From positions 16,821 to 80,820 of IMG/VR virus record IMGVR_UViG_3300034139_000007: 64,000 nucleotides of DNA. One strand, given 5' to 3'. The DNA comes from a virus. The notes under the pieces were generated by a model that saw nothing but the letters and a program-made list of their open reading frames with translations, was not told the DNA's origin and did not search any database. Below, piece by piece: positions 36,791 through 45,575 of this stretch (its first letter is position 1; the number at the start of each line of letters is the position of its first letter). The position numbers and the translations under genes are program-made.

Positions 36791-37213
36791 TCAGACGCCC
36801 AGAGCCTCCAGGCGGTCCATCAGCTCACGGATCTCGGGCGAGCCGGCGGCCAGGGCCTCGATGCGGGCACGTTCGGCGGCTTCCTTGGCGAGGCGGTCGA
36901 TCTCCTTGCGGATGCGACGGGCCTCGGCCAGGTTGCGCTCGGCCTTCTCGTAGTCGGCGAAGTCGACGACATCGACGATCCGGCGCGTGGCCTTCTCGGG
37001 GGTGTCGCTGGGCTGGCCGACGATCTTGACGACCTTCAGGCCGCCAGCGTCGGTCGGAGCACGCACGACGGCGAACTCCAGCTTGTCGGCTTCGATCCGG
37101 CGAGCCTGCTCGTCGGTGACGTAGTAGGCGTATTTCCGGGAGGACCAGCGGTCCGCGTTGCGGCCAGTGGCGAACTCGTCGCCGGCGTTGAACTGTACGT
37201 CGATGCTTTTCAT
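36791..37213 (-). CDS. hypothetical protein with C-terminal coiled coil
   Basis: KYAY...AVV...VVKIV...IVDVVDF followed by coiled coil. Confidence 0.75.
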   Translation of the reverse strand: MKSIDVQFNAGDEFATGRNADRWSSRKYAYYVTDEQARRIEADKLEFAVVRAPTDAGGLKVVKIVGQPSDTPEKATRRIVDVVDFADYEKAERNLAEARRIRKEIDRLAKEAAERARIEALAAGSPEIRELMDRLEALGV

Positions 37214-37569
37214 GGGTTTCTTATCCAGATTTTCCGCAGGGTGGCGCGGTTGGGGTTGAGCCGGAACAGGGCCAGGCGGGTGGCTCGGAAGTCCGCCAGG
37301 AATGGGGTGGGGCCGCGCAGTCGCTCGATCAGGGCGGTGACTTCGTCGCTGATCTCGGACACGATGAACACGTCCGTCATCTCATCGAGGTAGGCGCGGG
37401 TCGCGGGCATCATGAACCGGGTCTCACCCTCCATCTGCTCGAGACCCCAGACGAGGATCTCCTGTTGGCGATAGGCCTCGGCGACATCGACAGGCGGGAA
37501 GTTCATCATGCCAGCGAGCATGCGGGATTTGCTGGTGCGGGCTTCGGTCAGCGCGGTTTCCATCATCAC
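37210..37569 (-). CDS. hypothetical protein
   Basis: in-operon overlaps. Confidence 0.6.
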   Translation of the reverse strand: MMMETALTEARTSKSRMLAGMMNFPPVDVAEAYRQQEILVWGLEQMEGETRFMMPATRAYLDEMTDVFIVSEISDEVTALIERLRGPTPFLADFRATRLALFRLNPNRATLRKIWIRNP

Positions 37570-37898
37570 GGCGGGTTCGCCTTTCCACAGTTGGTGCAGG
37601 TGAAGCGGGCGGCGGGGTCGCGCGAGCCCATGTAGGGCGTCGTCGGGTCGCCGTTCTGATAGGGGCGGTCGGGATAGGGATCGCCCGGCCAGACGTCGTT
37701 CAGGCCGCGCTGGGCTTCATCCTCGCTGGCGGGGTGGAAGCTGGGCTCCGGCGATGTCGGGGCGCGCAGCGCGTTCATGTAGTCGATCATGCCCTGCTGG
37801 TCGTTGGGCACGATCTCGGTCTCGAACTTCAGGCCGGAGGCTTTGGCCTCGGCCTGTGTTCGGTGCAGCTGTCCGCTGCTGTCCTTGTAGCACTTCAA
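37566..37898 (-). CDS. hypothetical protein, C-terminal CxxC
   Basis: TTGA overlap start (MKCYKD...); ends CTNCGK. Confidence 0.6.
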   Translation of the reverse strand: MKCYKDSSGQLHRTQAEAKASGLKFETEIVPNDQQGMIDYMNALRAPTSPEPSFHPASEDEAQRGLNDVWPGDPYPDRPYQNGDPTTPYMGSRDPAARFTCTNCGKANPP

Positions 37899-38413
37899 GG
37901 CCTTGCTCCCATGGCGGTGGCGATGATGGAGTTCTGGGTCAGCGTTGGCAGCTGAGCCCAGTCGGGCACGGTGTCGGCCATGGTGGCCATGACCTTCTCG
38001 CGCTTCTTCTCGAAAGCCTCCTTGCGCGCGGCTTCCGCGCCAGCTTCGATGACGCGGTCGTGCTCGGCCTTGCGAACCACAGCCTCGTCGGCGGCCTTCT
38101 TCTCGATGGCCATCCATTGGAGGTCAGGCAGGTCGAGATAGCTGGCGGGGAAGGTGATCATCAGCTCGGGCTGACAGTCGTAGTCCCACCACGAGTACTT
38201 GACCTCGACGCTGTCGCCGTAGGTGTCGAAGTCGACGGGCGAGCCGAGGACGGGGTCCAGCCAGCGACTGGTGATCTTCGGGAACGCGCTGTCCCGGACG
38301 ATCTTGCGCTGCTCGTGGCAGTAGCGGGCGATGACGTCGAGGCGCTTCAGCGTCAGCTCGATGGTCTTGGCCAGCTGGGCCAGTGCCGTGCTGCTGATGT
38401 GGTTGTCGGTCAT
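37895..38413 (-). CDS. hypothetical protein
   Basis: ATGA overlap. Confidence 0.7.
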   Translation of the reverse strand: MTDNHISSTALAQLAKTIELTLKRLDVIARYCHEQRKIVRDSAFPKITSRWLDPVLGSPVDFDTYGDSVEVKYSWWDYDCQPELMITFPASYLDLPDLQWMAIEKKAADEAVVRKAEHDRVIEAGAEAARKEAFEKKREKVMATMADTVPDWAQLPTLTQNSIIATAMGARP

Positions 38414-38601
38414 CGGAAGAACTTCCCGATGTGCTCTTCCCAGGTCGTCATGATGTCGATGCAGATCTCGTCGTCGAACTGATCGGCCTCCTGACGCCAG
38501 CCACGGCGGTCGGTGACGTCGTTCCAGATCGCGGCGACAGCCTGCTGGACAGGGTCGGAGCTGGCCGCCAGTTTGGCGACGTGTTCGTAGCGGCAGGCCA
38601 T
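38410..38601 (-). CDS. hypothetical protein
   Basis: starts 4 nt after motif A variant; DVTDRRGWRQE.D..D.EI...I..TW. Confidence 0.7.
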   Translation of the reverse strand: MACRYEHVAKLAASSDPVQQAVAAIWNDVTDRRGWRQEADQFDDEICIDIMTTWEEHIGKFFR

Positions 38602-38638
38602 GGATTTTACCCGTTAAAGTCTGAGGAAGGGGAAGGGT

Positions 38639-38662
38639 GGACCGGCCCCGAAGGGCCGGTCC
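38639..38662 (-). other. UUCG stem-loop / possible terminator
   Basis: GGACCGGCCC-TTCG-GGGCCGGTCC on - strand followed by a pyrimidine tract. Confidence 0.65.
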
Positions 38663-38674
38663 GGTGGCGGTCGA

Positions 38675-39082
38675 TCAGGCGTCGTCGTCGTCCTTCAGCG
38701 CGGCCAGCTGCTTCTGCAGGTCCGCGATGCTGGTGCCGGCCAGCTTCTCGGCTTCGGCGCGGGCCAGGGCGTCCGTCAGTGTGCGCTTCAGGTCGGCCTT
38801 GGCGGCGCGCTTGGTGGCGCGTTCGGCGTCCAGCTGCTTGTCGGCGATCACCTCGATCACCAGGTCCAGCGCGTCCTGGAGCAGGCCACGGCGGGGGTCC
38901 GGCGTGGTCTGGATGAAGCTCTCCTCCGTGATGGACTTCAGCTCCGCGTTGACGGCACGGGCGGTGGCGTCGAGATCGGGCAGCTTCAGATCGTAGAGCT
39001 GCTCGGCAGTCAACGGGCCGCGGGTGGAGTTGAAGCGCGTCTTGCGACGGGCAGCGAGTTTGAACAGGTTCTTGTCAGTCAT
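38675..39082 (-). CDS. conserved phage protein (partner of upstream 667-aa gene)
   Basis: LFKLAARRKTRFNSTRGPLTAEQLYDL followed by coiled coil. Confidence 0.8.
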   Translation of the reverse strand: MTDKNLFKLAARRKTRFNSTRGPLTAEQLYDLKLPDLDATARAVNAELKSITEESFIQTTPDPRRGLLQDALDLVIEVIADKQLDAERATKRAAKADLKRTLTDALARAEAEKLAGTSIADLQKQLAALKDDDDA

Positions 39083-39091
39083 GGGTGGTTC

Positions 39092-41095
39092 CTAGAACTG
39101 GATTTCGTAGGCGCGACCATCCGCGACTACGGTGAGGGTGTTCCTCTGGGTGGAAGAGAAGCCCAGCCCGGACAGCTGGTCTTCGGCGAAGGGAGCCTTG
39201 GTCTTGGCCCCCAGCACCTCGAACACCTTGCGGTGCTCATGCAGGTCCGGTCGCAGGTACTCGTTGTAGATCCCACGGACCGGGTCCGGGTTCTGCACCC
39301 CGCGAAGGATGAAGAACCAGTGCTTGTTGCCGATGGCCTGCCCGTTCCAGTGGTTCGGGCTGAGCATCAGCGTGTCGACCGGCACCAGCGTCTCGGTGGT
39401 GATGCCCCAACGCTTCTGGCTGCTGGTGGTGGTCGGATGCTTGTGGTCGATGGTCCACGCCCCGTCCTTGAGCGTGGCGACGGCCAGGGTAAGCCACTCC
39501 TTGTGCGCGAGGGGCTCGGGGTGGTCGTACTGGTAGACCTGCCCGCCGACCTCGATCTCGGCCTTGAAGCCGGATGTGGTCGGGGCGCGGTTGTGCCAGT
39601 TGTGGATCTTGAAGACGTACTGGCCGTCGCGCAACTTGGCCAGGTCGGGGAAGGTGATGTTCTCGACGGGGACATAGCCCTCCGGCGCAGGCTGGGTGTA
39701 GTCGACGTCCTGAACCCCGCCCGACATGCGGTCGTTTCTCGCGTTCCAGCCGACGCGCTGGCCGACCGGATAGCCGTCGTGGCGACCATCCTGATGCGGC
39801 GTCGCGCCGGGCATGAAGACGTGCAGGTCCATCAGGCTGGCATTGCGGCCCACGTCATTCCATAGGTGGGAGAAGCGCAGGACGCCATCCACCCGTCCGC
39901 CGGCCATCGCCACCCGCTGGCGCAGGGTGCTGTCGGTCACGTCGCCGTCGTAGGACCAGCTGAAGCCATTGGCCCACGGGAACAGGCCCTCGTCGCCCTG
40001 GGTGATCGACATGAAGTTGCCGAGGTGCCGGTTCTCGACCAGCGCGCTGATCGACTTGTGCGACTTGGCGAAGAAGTCGGCGGCGGCGATGAGCGTCGGG
40101 TTGTCGATCTTGACCTTGGACAGGGTGGCAGCAGGCATCAGCAGGTCAGCCAGGCTGTCCTTCATCTTGCTGGCCACGGTGTTGTCGACGAACAGGACGT
40201 CGTTGACCGACACATCGGTGATGCGAGCATGGCGGCGAGTGATCGCGCCGCGCAGGCCGAGTTCGTCGACCTTGGCCAGAGCCTGCTCGATCATGCGGGG
40301 CGTGACGAGGGCCGAGGGGCGCTTGTAGTTGGCCGGGGCGACCATCCTCTCGTACTTCTTGACCGCGATTTCCAGCTCGGTCCCTTCGGACAGCTCCAGC
40401 AGCAGCTGGCCGATGGCCGTGTTGCGGAACCGGGCCGACTTGTCGTCCAGGTTCGACCAGATCAGCAGGTCGGTGCCGTCCCAGCTGGCCTTCAGACTGC
40501 GGAAGGCCTTGATCGCGGGCAGAAACTCCTCGCCCTTGTACAGGTTGTTGGCCTCGGCCAGGTCGATCACGGTGTCGAGGGCATCGAGACTGATCTCGAT
40601 CAGGCCACGCTTCAGGACCTGAGCGGTCGTGTTGATCTTGCCCCGCACCTCGTCCGGGCTGGTCGAGAAGTGCTTGTCAGCCACCGACCCCGAGAAGTGA
40701 TCCCAGGTCCTGACGGTGTTGTCGGGCAGCAGCTCGTTGGAGGTGGCGTTGCCGTACTTGCGCTCCTTGGTGCGCCAGACCGACTTGATCGGCGCTTGGC
40801 GGACGCGGTCGGCCAGGATCTTGGTGACCTGATCGTAGGGGAAGGGCGGCGTGACGTCCCAGACGGTCTGGACTTGGCCGTCGATGATGGCGACCACGTT
40901 GCCGATGTTGCGGATGAACTGCTTGCAGCAGGAGCAGTCGTGCTCGGTGCGCTCACGGAACAGAGGGTTGGTGCCCTCGGGGAAGGCCGACAGGTAGGTG
41001 GCGAACAGGTCCTCGGTGTCGACGACGAACAGCTCGTGTTGGCGCATCGCCTCGTACCGCTTGTGAACGAGGTCGGAGAAGTCTTTGAATGACAT
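39092..41095 (-). CDS. large conserved phage protein with HDCSCC motif and TerD/YfaP-like segment
   Basis: EHDCSCCKQFIR, VAPANYKRP, FSWSY, MDLHV...DVDY...PVENI, LSPNHW, GNKHWFF, LSGLGFSST. Confidence 0.8.
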   Translation of the reverse strand: MSFKDFSDLVHKRYEAMRQHELFVVDTEDLFATYLSAFPEGTNPLFRERTEHDCSCCKQFIRNIGNVVAIIDGQVQTVWDVTPPFPYDQVTKILADRVRQAPIKSVWRTKERKYGNATSNELLPDNTVRTWDHFSGSVADKHFSTSPDEVRGKINTTAQVLKRGLIEISLDALDTVIDLAEANNLYKGEEFLPAIKAFRSLKASWDGTDLLIWSNLDDKSARFRNTAIGQLLLELSEGTELEIAVKKYERMVAPANYKRPSALVTPRMIEQALAKVDELGLRGAITRRHARITDVSVNDVLFVDNTVASKMKDSLADLLMPAATLSKVKIDNPTLIAAADFFAKSHKSISALVENRHLGNFMSITQGDEGLFPWANGFSWSYDGDVTDSTLRQRVAMAGGRVDGVLRFSHLWNDVGRNASLMDLHVFMPGATPHQDGRHDGYPVGQRVGWNARNDRMSGGVQDVDYTQPAPEGYVPVENITFPDLAKLRDGQYVFKIHNWHNRAPTTSGFKAEIEVGGQVYQYDHPEPLAHKEWLTLAVATLKDGAWTIDHKHPTTTSSQKRWGITTETLVPVDTLMLSPNHWNGQAIGNKHWFFILRGVQNPDPVRGIYNEYLRPDLHEHRKVFEVLGAKTKAPFAEDQLSGLGFSSTQRNTLTVVADGRAYEIQF

Positions 41096-41114
41096 GGTAT
41101 TTTAACCGTTAAAG

Positions 41115-41471
41115 TCAGTCGACAACGTCGATCTGGGTTGATGATTTGATGGTGGTGCGGCGGTCGCCATCGTAGCTGACGACGATGCCGAGGACTTCGC
41201 CCTTGAGCCAGCCGCGGCCTTTGCGCCAGTGGCTGACCTTGCTGCCGAGGCGCGGGGTGCGCTGGCCCATCTTGTGGGTTGGGGAGAAGCCCAGCTCGAA
41301 CCACTTCTGGTACCAGTGCAGGCGGGTCGCCTCGTTGTCCTCGTAGTGAACCTGCTCATCCAGCGCGTAGAGCGTGCCGAAGAGGCTCATCTGCTGGCCG
41401 TTGCCGCCGCTGATCATCTTCTTCAGCAGGCGGCACAGCAGCCAGTGCTCGACCTTGGTCAGGGCGGCCAT
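41115..41471 (-). CDS. hypothetical protein
   Basis: in-operon ORF. Confidence 0.65.
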   Translation of the reverse strand: MAALTKVEHWLLCRLLKKMISGGNGQQMSLFGTLYALDEQVHYEDNEATRLHWYQKWFELGFSPTHKMGQRTPRLGSKVSHWRKGRGWLKGEVLGIVVSYDGDRRTTIKSSTQIDVVD

Positions 41472-41474
41472 GGC

Positions 41475-41828
41475 TCACCAGATGTCCGAGGACAGCAGGT
41501 CGCGTCCGACAGTGAGCCACTGCTTGGTCAGCTGGCCGCTGGCGACGCCGATCTCCTTGGCCTGCTCGCGGGTCACGAACCGGTTGTTCGAGGTCCAGAA
41601 GCCGTAGGTGTCGGTGACGTCAGCCGTGTAGGGTTGGTCCCGGCCCAGGTTGACGCGCAGGTCAGAGTGCGACTTGAACCCATGGTGCAGGTTCCCTTGG
41701 GCGTCGACCAGGGCGCAGGCCATGATCATCTCGGGGTCGGTGTGGACTTTCGAGGTGTCCATCCGTGGCAGTTGGGCGGCGTTCTTGGCCATCGCCTTCT
41801 GCTCGCGGCGTCGGTCGGCTCGGGTCAT
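41475..41828 (-). CDS. hypothetical protein
   Basis: GFWTSNNRFVTREQA...LLSSDIW, a motif of a widespread phage family. Confidence 0.75.
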   Translation of the reverse strand: MTRADRRREQKAMAKNAAQLPRMDTSKVHTDPEMIMACALVDAQGNLHHGFKSHSDLRVNLGRDQPYTADVTDTYGFWTSNNRFVTREQAKEIGVASGQLTKQWLTVGRDLLSSDIW

Positions 41829-42079
41829 GCGGGCATCCTGTAAATGAGGCGTTCCAGCTCTTGCAGCTGGAGACGCGCGTTGGTGACGCGGCGAAGCGCC
41901 TCGTCGCGGGTATCGGTGCCTTCCTTGGCGTCCAGCTCGATCATCAGGAAGATGAACAGCGTGTCGCCCTGGGTGCGGCACTCGTCGAGGGTCTGGACGT
42001 GGGCATAGTCGCCCCCACCGTAGTTGTCCGCGACCAGGCGCTGGAAGGGGTTCAGCGGCGCTGGCTTGGGCTTGGGCAC
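41825..42079 (-). CDS. hypothetical protein
   Basis: GTG start with GGAGGA SD; YGGGDY...GDTLFIFLM.EL. Confidence 0.7.
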   Translation of the reverse strand: MPKPKPAPLNPFQRLVADNYGGGDYAHVQTLDECRTQGDTLFIFLMIELDAKEGTDTRDEALRRVTNARLQLQELERLIYRMPA

Positions 42080-42318
42080 AGCTCCTCCAGTGGCGTGGTC
42101 GCGGACGCCTTCTCGACGATGGGATAGCTGCCGTGGATGGTCCGCATGTAGCGGTCCCCGGTCAGCGGATCGAGCCAGATGGTCTGGCTGGCGCTGCACA
42201 CCCGCAGGACCTCAAGACGCTTGCGCGTCTCGTGGTCGTTGACCTGCTGCTGGGTCGGGGGTGCGGTGCAGGCGGTCAGTCCTGCGAGGAGGACAAGGAT
42301 GGCTTGATGACGTCCCAC
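42052..42318 (-). CDS. putative lipoprotein
   Basis: MGRHQAILVLLAGLTA-C lipobox. Confidence 0.6.
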   Translation of the reverse strand: MGRHQAILVLLAGLTACTAPPTQQQVNDHETRKRLEVLRVCSASQTIWLDPLTGDRYMRTIHGSYPIVEKASATTPLEELCPSPSQRR

Positions 42319-42722
42319 TTCACTTCTCCAGTTTCGATCAGGTGGTTCAGGACCACGGCGGCCTGTTCCGGGGTGGCTTGGTAGTAGCCGCTGCTGTCGC
42401 GGTCGCCGATTGGCGCGGCGTCGAACACGGGCGGGTAGAACAGCTGGCCAGCCTGGCCGCCGATCACCACCGGGGTGGGTTCGTGGTTCAGCCCCAGATA
42501 ATCCGCGGCAATGACCTCGATCTCCTCGCTGTCATTGCCCCGATAGCCGGCGGCATAGGCCGCCCAGCCAGCGATGCAGGCCGTGGTGTTGCAGGTGTGC
42601 AGGTTTTCGAGCGTGGCGTCGTAGCGGCCTCTGGGATTGTAGACCAGGTACGACATGTTGAAGTGCTGGGGCGCATCCAGGATCAGATCCCGGACATGAG
42701 CGATGTTCGCTTTATTCAGCAT
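42276..42722 (-). CDS. Cys-motif protein, paralog 1
   Basis: FNMS...CNTTACIAGWA...AADYLGL...QLF...TGEVKW. Confidence 0.8.
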   Translation of the reverse strand: MLNKANIAHVRDLILDAPQHFNMSYLVYNPRGRYDATLENLHTCNTTACIAGWAAYAAGYRGNDSEEIEVIAADYLGLNHEPTPVVIGGQAGQLFYPPVFDAAPIGDRDSSGYYQATPEQAAVVLNHLIETGEVKWDVIKPSLSSSQD

Positions 42723-42888
42723 CGGGAACGATCCTGACGAGACGACGGCCTTCGGGCTCTTCGTCGATGATGATGGTGGCCTTGCCGGTCAGCAAAGCTG
42801 ACACGCCAGTGAGGATCGCGTCGAACATCTGTTCGCGGTTCTCTTCCTGCTGGCGGCGGGCGGCCTGTTGCATTTCGTAGTCACGCAT
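42712..42888 (-). CDS. hypothetical protein
   Basis: AGGAGA SD before MRDYEM. Confidence 0.55.
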   Translation of the reverse strand: MRDYEMQQAARRQQEENREQMFDAILTGVSALLTGKATIIIDEEPEGRRLVRIVPDAE

Positions 42889-42952
42889 CTCGGTTTCTCT
42901 CCTTGCCTGCCTTGCGGCGTCGGCGTTGTGGCGTTTCCAGGCTCGGCGGCGG

Positions 42953-43096
42953 TTACGACCGGGCTTCAATGTCCGCCTCGACCTGAGCCACGGTGCTGGC
43001 ACCGTTTTGCACGGCGACAGCCGCGAGGCGGTGGCGGGCTCGGTCGGGGGAGCGGAACTGGTTCACCAGATCGGCGCGTTGGGCGTTGGTCAGCAT
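42953..43096 (-). CDS. small hypothetical protein (47 aa, not in the ORF track)
   Basis: motif A, then AAGGA SD, then MLTNAQRADLVNQF...EARS stop. Confidence 0.6.
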   Translation of the reverse strand: MLTNAQRADLVNQFRSPDRARHRLAAVAVQNGASTVAQVEADIEARS

Positions 43097-43141
43097 GGTC
43101 GTAAGTCCTTGTTTTTAACGGTTAAAGTGGAGGGTGGAGGG

Positions 43142-43543
43142 TCAGTCTTTGAAGATCTCGGCGGGGTCCAGCTCGCCGTGGAGGACCTGGCGCAGTTCCT
43201 CCAGGATCTTGGGTCGCACTTGGCCCGCGGCGTCGGTGGCCTCGTCGTGGGTGTTCTGCAGATTGCAGATCAACTGCAGCTCGGCAGGGTCGCAGGTCAG
43301 GATCGGATCATCCTCCATGGTCAGCAGGGTGCTGATGGCCGAGGCGTTGTGGCCCCGCTTGTCGATGATCGCGAAGACCTCGTCGGGGATGGCCGCGCCG
43401 ACCACGCAGGGCAGCTTAGTGAAAGGGTCGCGGTAGGTGCACGCGCCGACCCCGTTCTGGGCCTGTAGCCGCTCCTCGTCGAAGGCCTTGCGGCCAGCTT
43501 CGATGATGTTGGCGACGGTCAGGTGGAAGGGGGCAGCGGTCAC
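43142..43543 (-). CDS. Cys-motif protein (CxY...CVVG, LQxxHD)
   Basis: ACTYRD...PCVVGAAI...LQNTHD; AAGGA SD. Confidence 0.75.
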   Translation of the reverse strand: MTAAPFHLTVANIIEAGRKAFDEERLQAQNGVGACTYRDPFTKLPCVVGAAIPDEVFAIIDKRGHNASAISTLLTMEDDPILTCDPAELQLICNLQNTHDEATDAAGQVRPKILEELRQVLHGELDPAEIFKD

Positions 43544-43899
43544 CAGTTCAGTTCCTTTTCGATGCGGGTCGGCCAGGTGGGGAGCGCGTTGCCTTGGATG
43601 AGGCTGTCGATGGCCGCCAGGGTGGTGGGTTTGTCGATCTTGCCGATGGCTTGCGGGCCGAGGTGCGACAGGAACAGGTAGTTGGCCTGCTGCGGGGTCA
43701 GGCCCAGAAAGTCGCGAGCCTGGGCCAGGCTGGGGGCGGCAGGGGTGTAGTCGGGCATCGCGGTGCAGGCCCAGCCAGCGATGCAGCGAGGGCTCCCGCA
43801 GTCCTTGGGGTTGCCGACCTCTCGCATGTCGACGAGGGCGTCGGGGGCGTCGGCGATCAGGCCGCGGACCAGGGTGAAGTTGGCGATGTTCAGGGCCAT
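43540..43899 (-). CDS. Cys-motif protein, paralog 2
   Basis: VDMRE...CGSPRCIAGWA...ARDFLGL...YLF. Confidence 0.8.
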   Translation of the reverse strand: MALNIANFTLVRGLIADAPDALVDMREVGNPKDCGSPRCIAGWACTAMPDYTPAAPSLAQARDFLGLTPQQANYLFLSHLGPQAIGKIDKPTTLAAIDSLIQGNALPTWPTRIEKELNW

Positions 43900-44276
43900 T
43901 GGACTTCTCCGGTTTCGGCGAGCCGGCGCAGGGTCGCGACGGCTTGGGCTTGGGTGATGCTGGCCCAGTCGAGATCAGGCATGAAGAGTTGCTCGATCAG
44001 ATGCTGATCGTCATCGATGCCCAACCATTTGGCTGCAGCGTTGGTGGGGTCGCCGGTCAGGCCGAGGCGGACATCGACCCGCTCCCCGGGAGGGGTGGCG
44101 AGAGCCTGCGCCCAACCGCCGATGCAGGCGCACGTCCCACAGTCGTGGATCAGGTCCGCGGCAGTGACCATCGCCGCTTCATTGCCGACTTGGGTGGCCC
44201 AGAAGCGCATGTTGAACCGTTCGGGCGGCAGGGCCTCGATCAGGTTGGCCAGGAGGGTGATGTTTTGAGTATTCAT
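43890..44276 (-). CDS. Cys-motif protein, paralog 3
   Basis: FNMRFW...CGTCACIGGWA...AAKWLGI...QLF...TGEVQW. Confidence 0.8.
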   Translation of the reverse strand: MNTQNITLLANLIEALPPERFNMRFWATQVGNEAAMVTAADLIHDCGTCACIGGWAQALATPPGERVDVRLGLTGDPTNAAAKWLGIDDDQHLIEQLFMPDLDWASITQAQAVATLRRLAETGEVQWP

Positions 44277-44312
44277 CGGAGATGACCCAGTCTTTGTTTA
44301 ACGGTTAAAGTA

Positions 44313-44570
44313 TCAGGCTCGACGTTCGAGGCGAGCGACCGGAGTGGTGGCAGGCTGGTCCTGCACGATGGTGACCTGGGCGCGGAACGTCGGCCCGACC
44401 TGCCACAGCTGGAACGCGCGGTGGGTCCGCTCGGTGAGTGCGCCTTGGCCGGTCTTCTGGGCCGAGGCGTAGCTCATTTTCAGGGGCTGGCCGTCGTTGC
44501 CGGTGAAGGCCTCGAAGCGTTCGGGGCCGGTGTTCGGGCACAGGGCCAGGATGTAGGTTTCGGCGCTCAT
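44313..44570 (-). CDS. hypothetical protein
   Basis: ATGA overlap with protease gene, AGGA SD. Confidence 0.6.
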   Translation of the reverse strand: MSAETYILALCPNTGPERFEAFTGNDGQPLKMSYASAQKTGQGALTERTHRAFQLWQVGPTFRAQVTIVQDQPATTPVARLERRA

Positions 44571-45076
44571 TGGGCGGGTTCCTGTTGACACATGGGGGTG
44601 GTGGCCAGCTCGATGATGCCGACCTTGCCGTCAGCCGTGGTGGCGCTGATGATGCCGACGAGCCGGTCCTGCTCATCGACGACCGCGCCGCCGGACATGC
44701 CTGGCTCGGGGGTGCGAGATGGGTCCGCGCCACGTAGGTTGTAGGTGATTTGGGTCGGGGCGACGCGGACATCGTATCGCGTGTCGATGGCGCGGACTGT
44801 GGATCTGGCCCGGGAGCCTATGAGGCGATACGTCTCGTTGGTGGTGATCGGGGCGCAGCTGACGGTCATCTGGCGCTGGAAGGGCCGGTCGGGGTCCGTG
44901 GTGAGGATGACCACGTCGCTGTCGGCGTCCTGGTAGACGATGGTCGCGGACCTGTTGTCGATGATGCAGGTGTCGTTTTGGAAGACGTGCGCTGCTGAAA
45001 TGACGGTGTTCGGGGCGATGACCACGCCGGAGCCGAAGCCCATGGCGCAGCTGATCAGAACGACTTCGATACCCAT
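44567..45076 (-). CDS. trypsin-like serine protease
   Basis: GSGVVI...ISAAHV (His), SDVVIL (Asp), PGMSGGAV (Ser), LVGI. Confidence 0.85.
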   Translation of the reverse strand: MGIEVVLISCAMGFGSGVVIAPNTVISAAHVFQNDTCIIDNRSATIVYQDADSDVVILTTDPDRPFQRQMTVSCAPITTNETYRLIGSRARSTVRAIDTRYDVRVAPTQITYNLRGADPSRTPEPGMSGGAVVDEQDRLVGIISATTADGKVGIIELATTPMCQQEPAQ

Positions 45077-45093
45077 GGTGTGAGGCCTTTTGG

Positions 45094-45495
45094 TTAGTGG
45101 ATGGGGGGCGCGAGGTAGGTCCGCGTCGCCTCGAATGAGGTTGAAATCCAGTTGTCGACCGACTGGCGAAGCTCCAGGTTCTGCGCGTCGGTCAGCTGCA
45201 GTTCCTTGGTTATGTGATCGACATACTGGACCAGATTGGCCAGATCGCCGACGTAGCTGTCGTGGTGCTCGACGCCCTGGGTGTCGATGAAGTCAGCTCT
45301 CAGCTCACCGTTCACGGACACGATGGGGCGGCTCGTATAGCGGGCGGGGGCGGCTGCGGGGTGCGGTGGCAAGTCCCGCGCTGCGAGGATTTGGGCATGG
45401 AGCGAGTTCACCGATGGACCCCACATGAGCCGCGTGTCGAGGTCCATGGCGAAGAGCTGCTTCGCGGACTGGGGTCGGAGGGGTGGGAGTTTCAT
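45094..45495 (-). CDS. hypothetical protein
   Basis: in-strand ORF filling the gap. Confidence 0.55.
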   Translation of the reverse strand: MKLPPLRPQSAKQLFAMDLDTRLMWGPSVNSLHAQILAARDLPPHPAAAPARYTSRPIVSVNGELRADFIDTQGVEHHDSYVGDLANLVQYVDHITKELQLTDAQNLELRQSVDNWISTSFEATRTYLAPPIH

Positions 45496-45575
45496 TGGGA
45501 GGGTCGCTCGTGGTGGAGGGTGGAGGGGTGCCCGGTCCTGTTTCGTGGCGCGCAGACCGGGCTATGATGCGCCTG

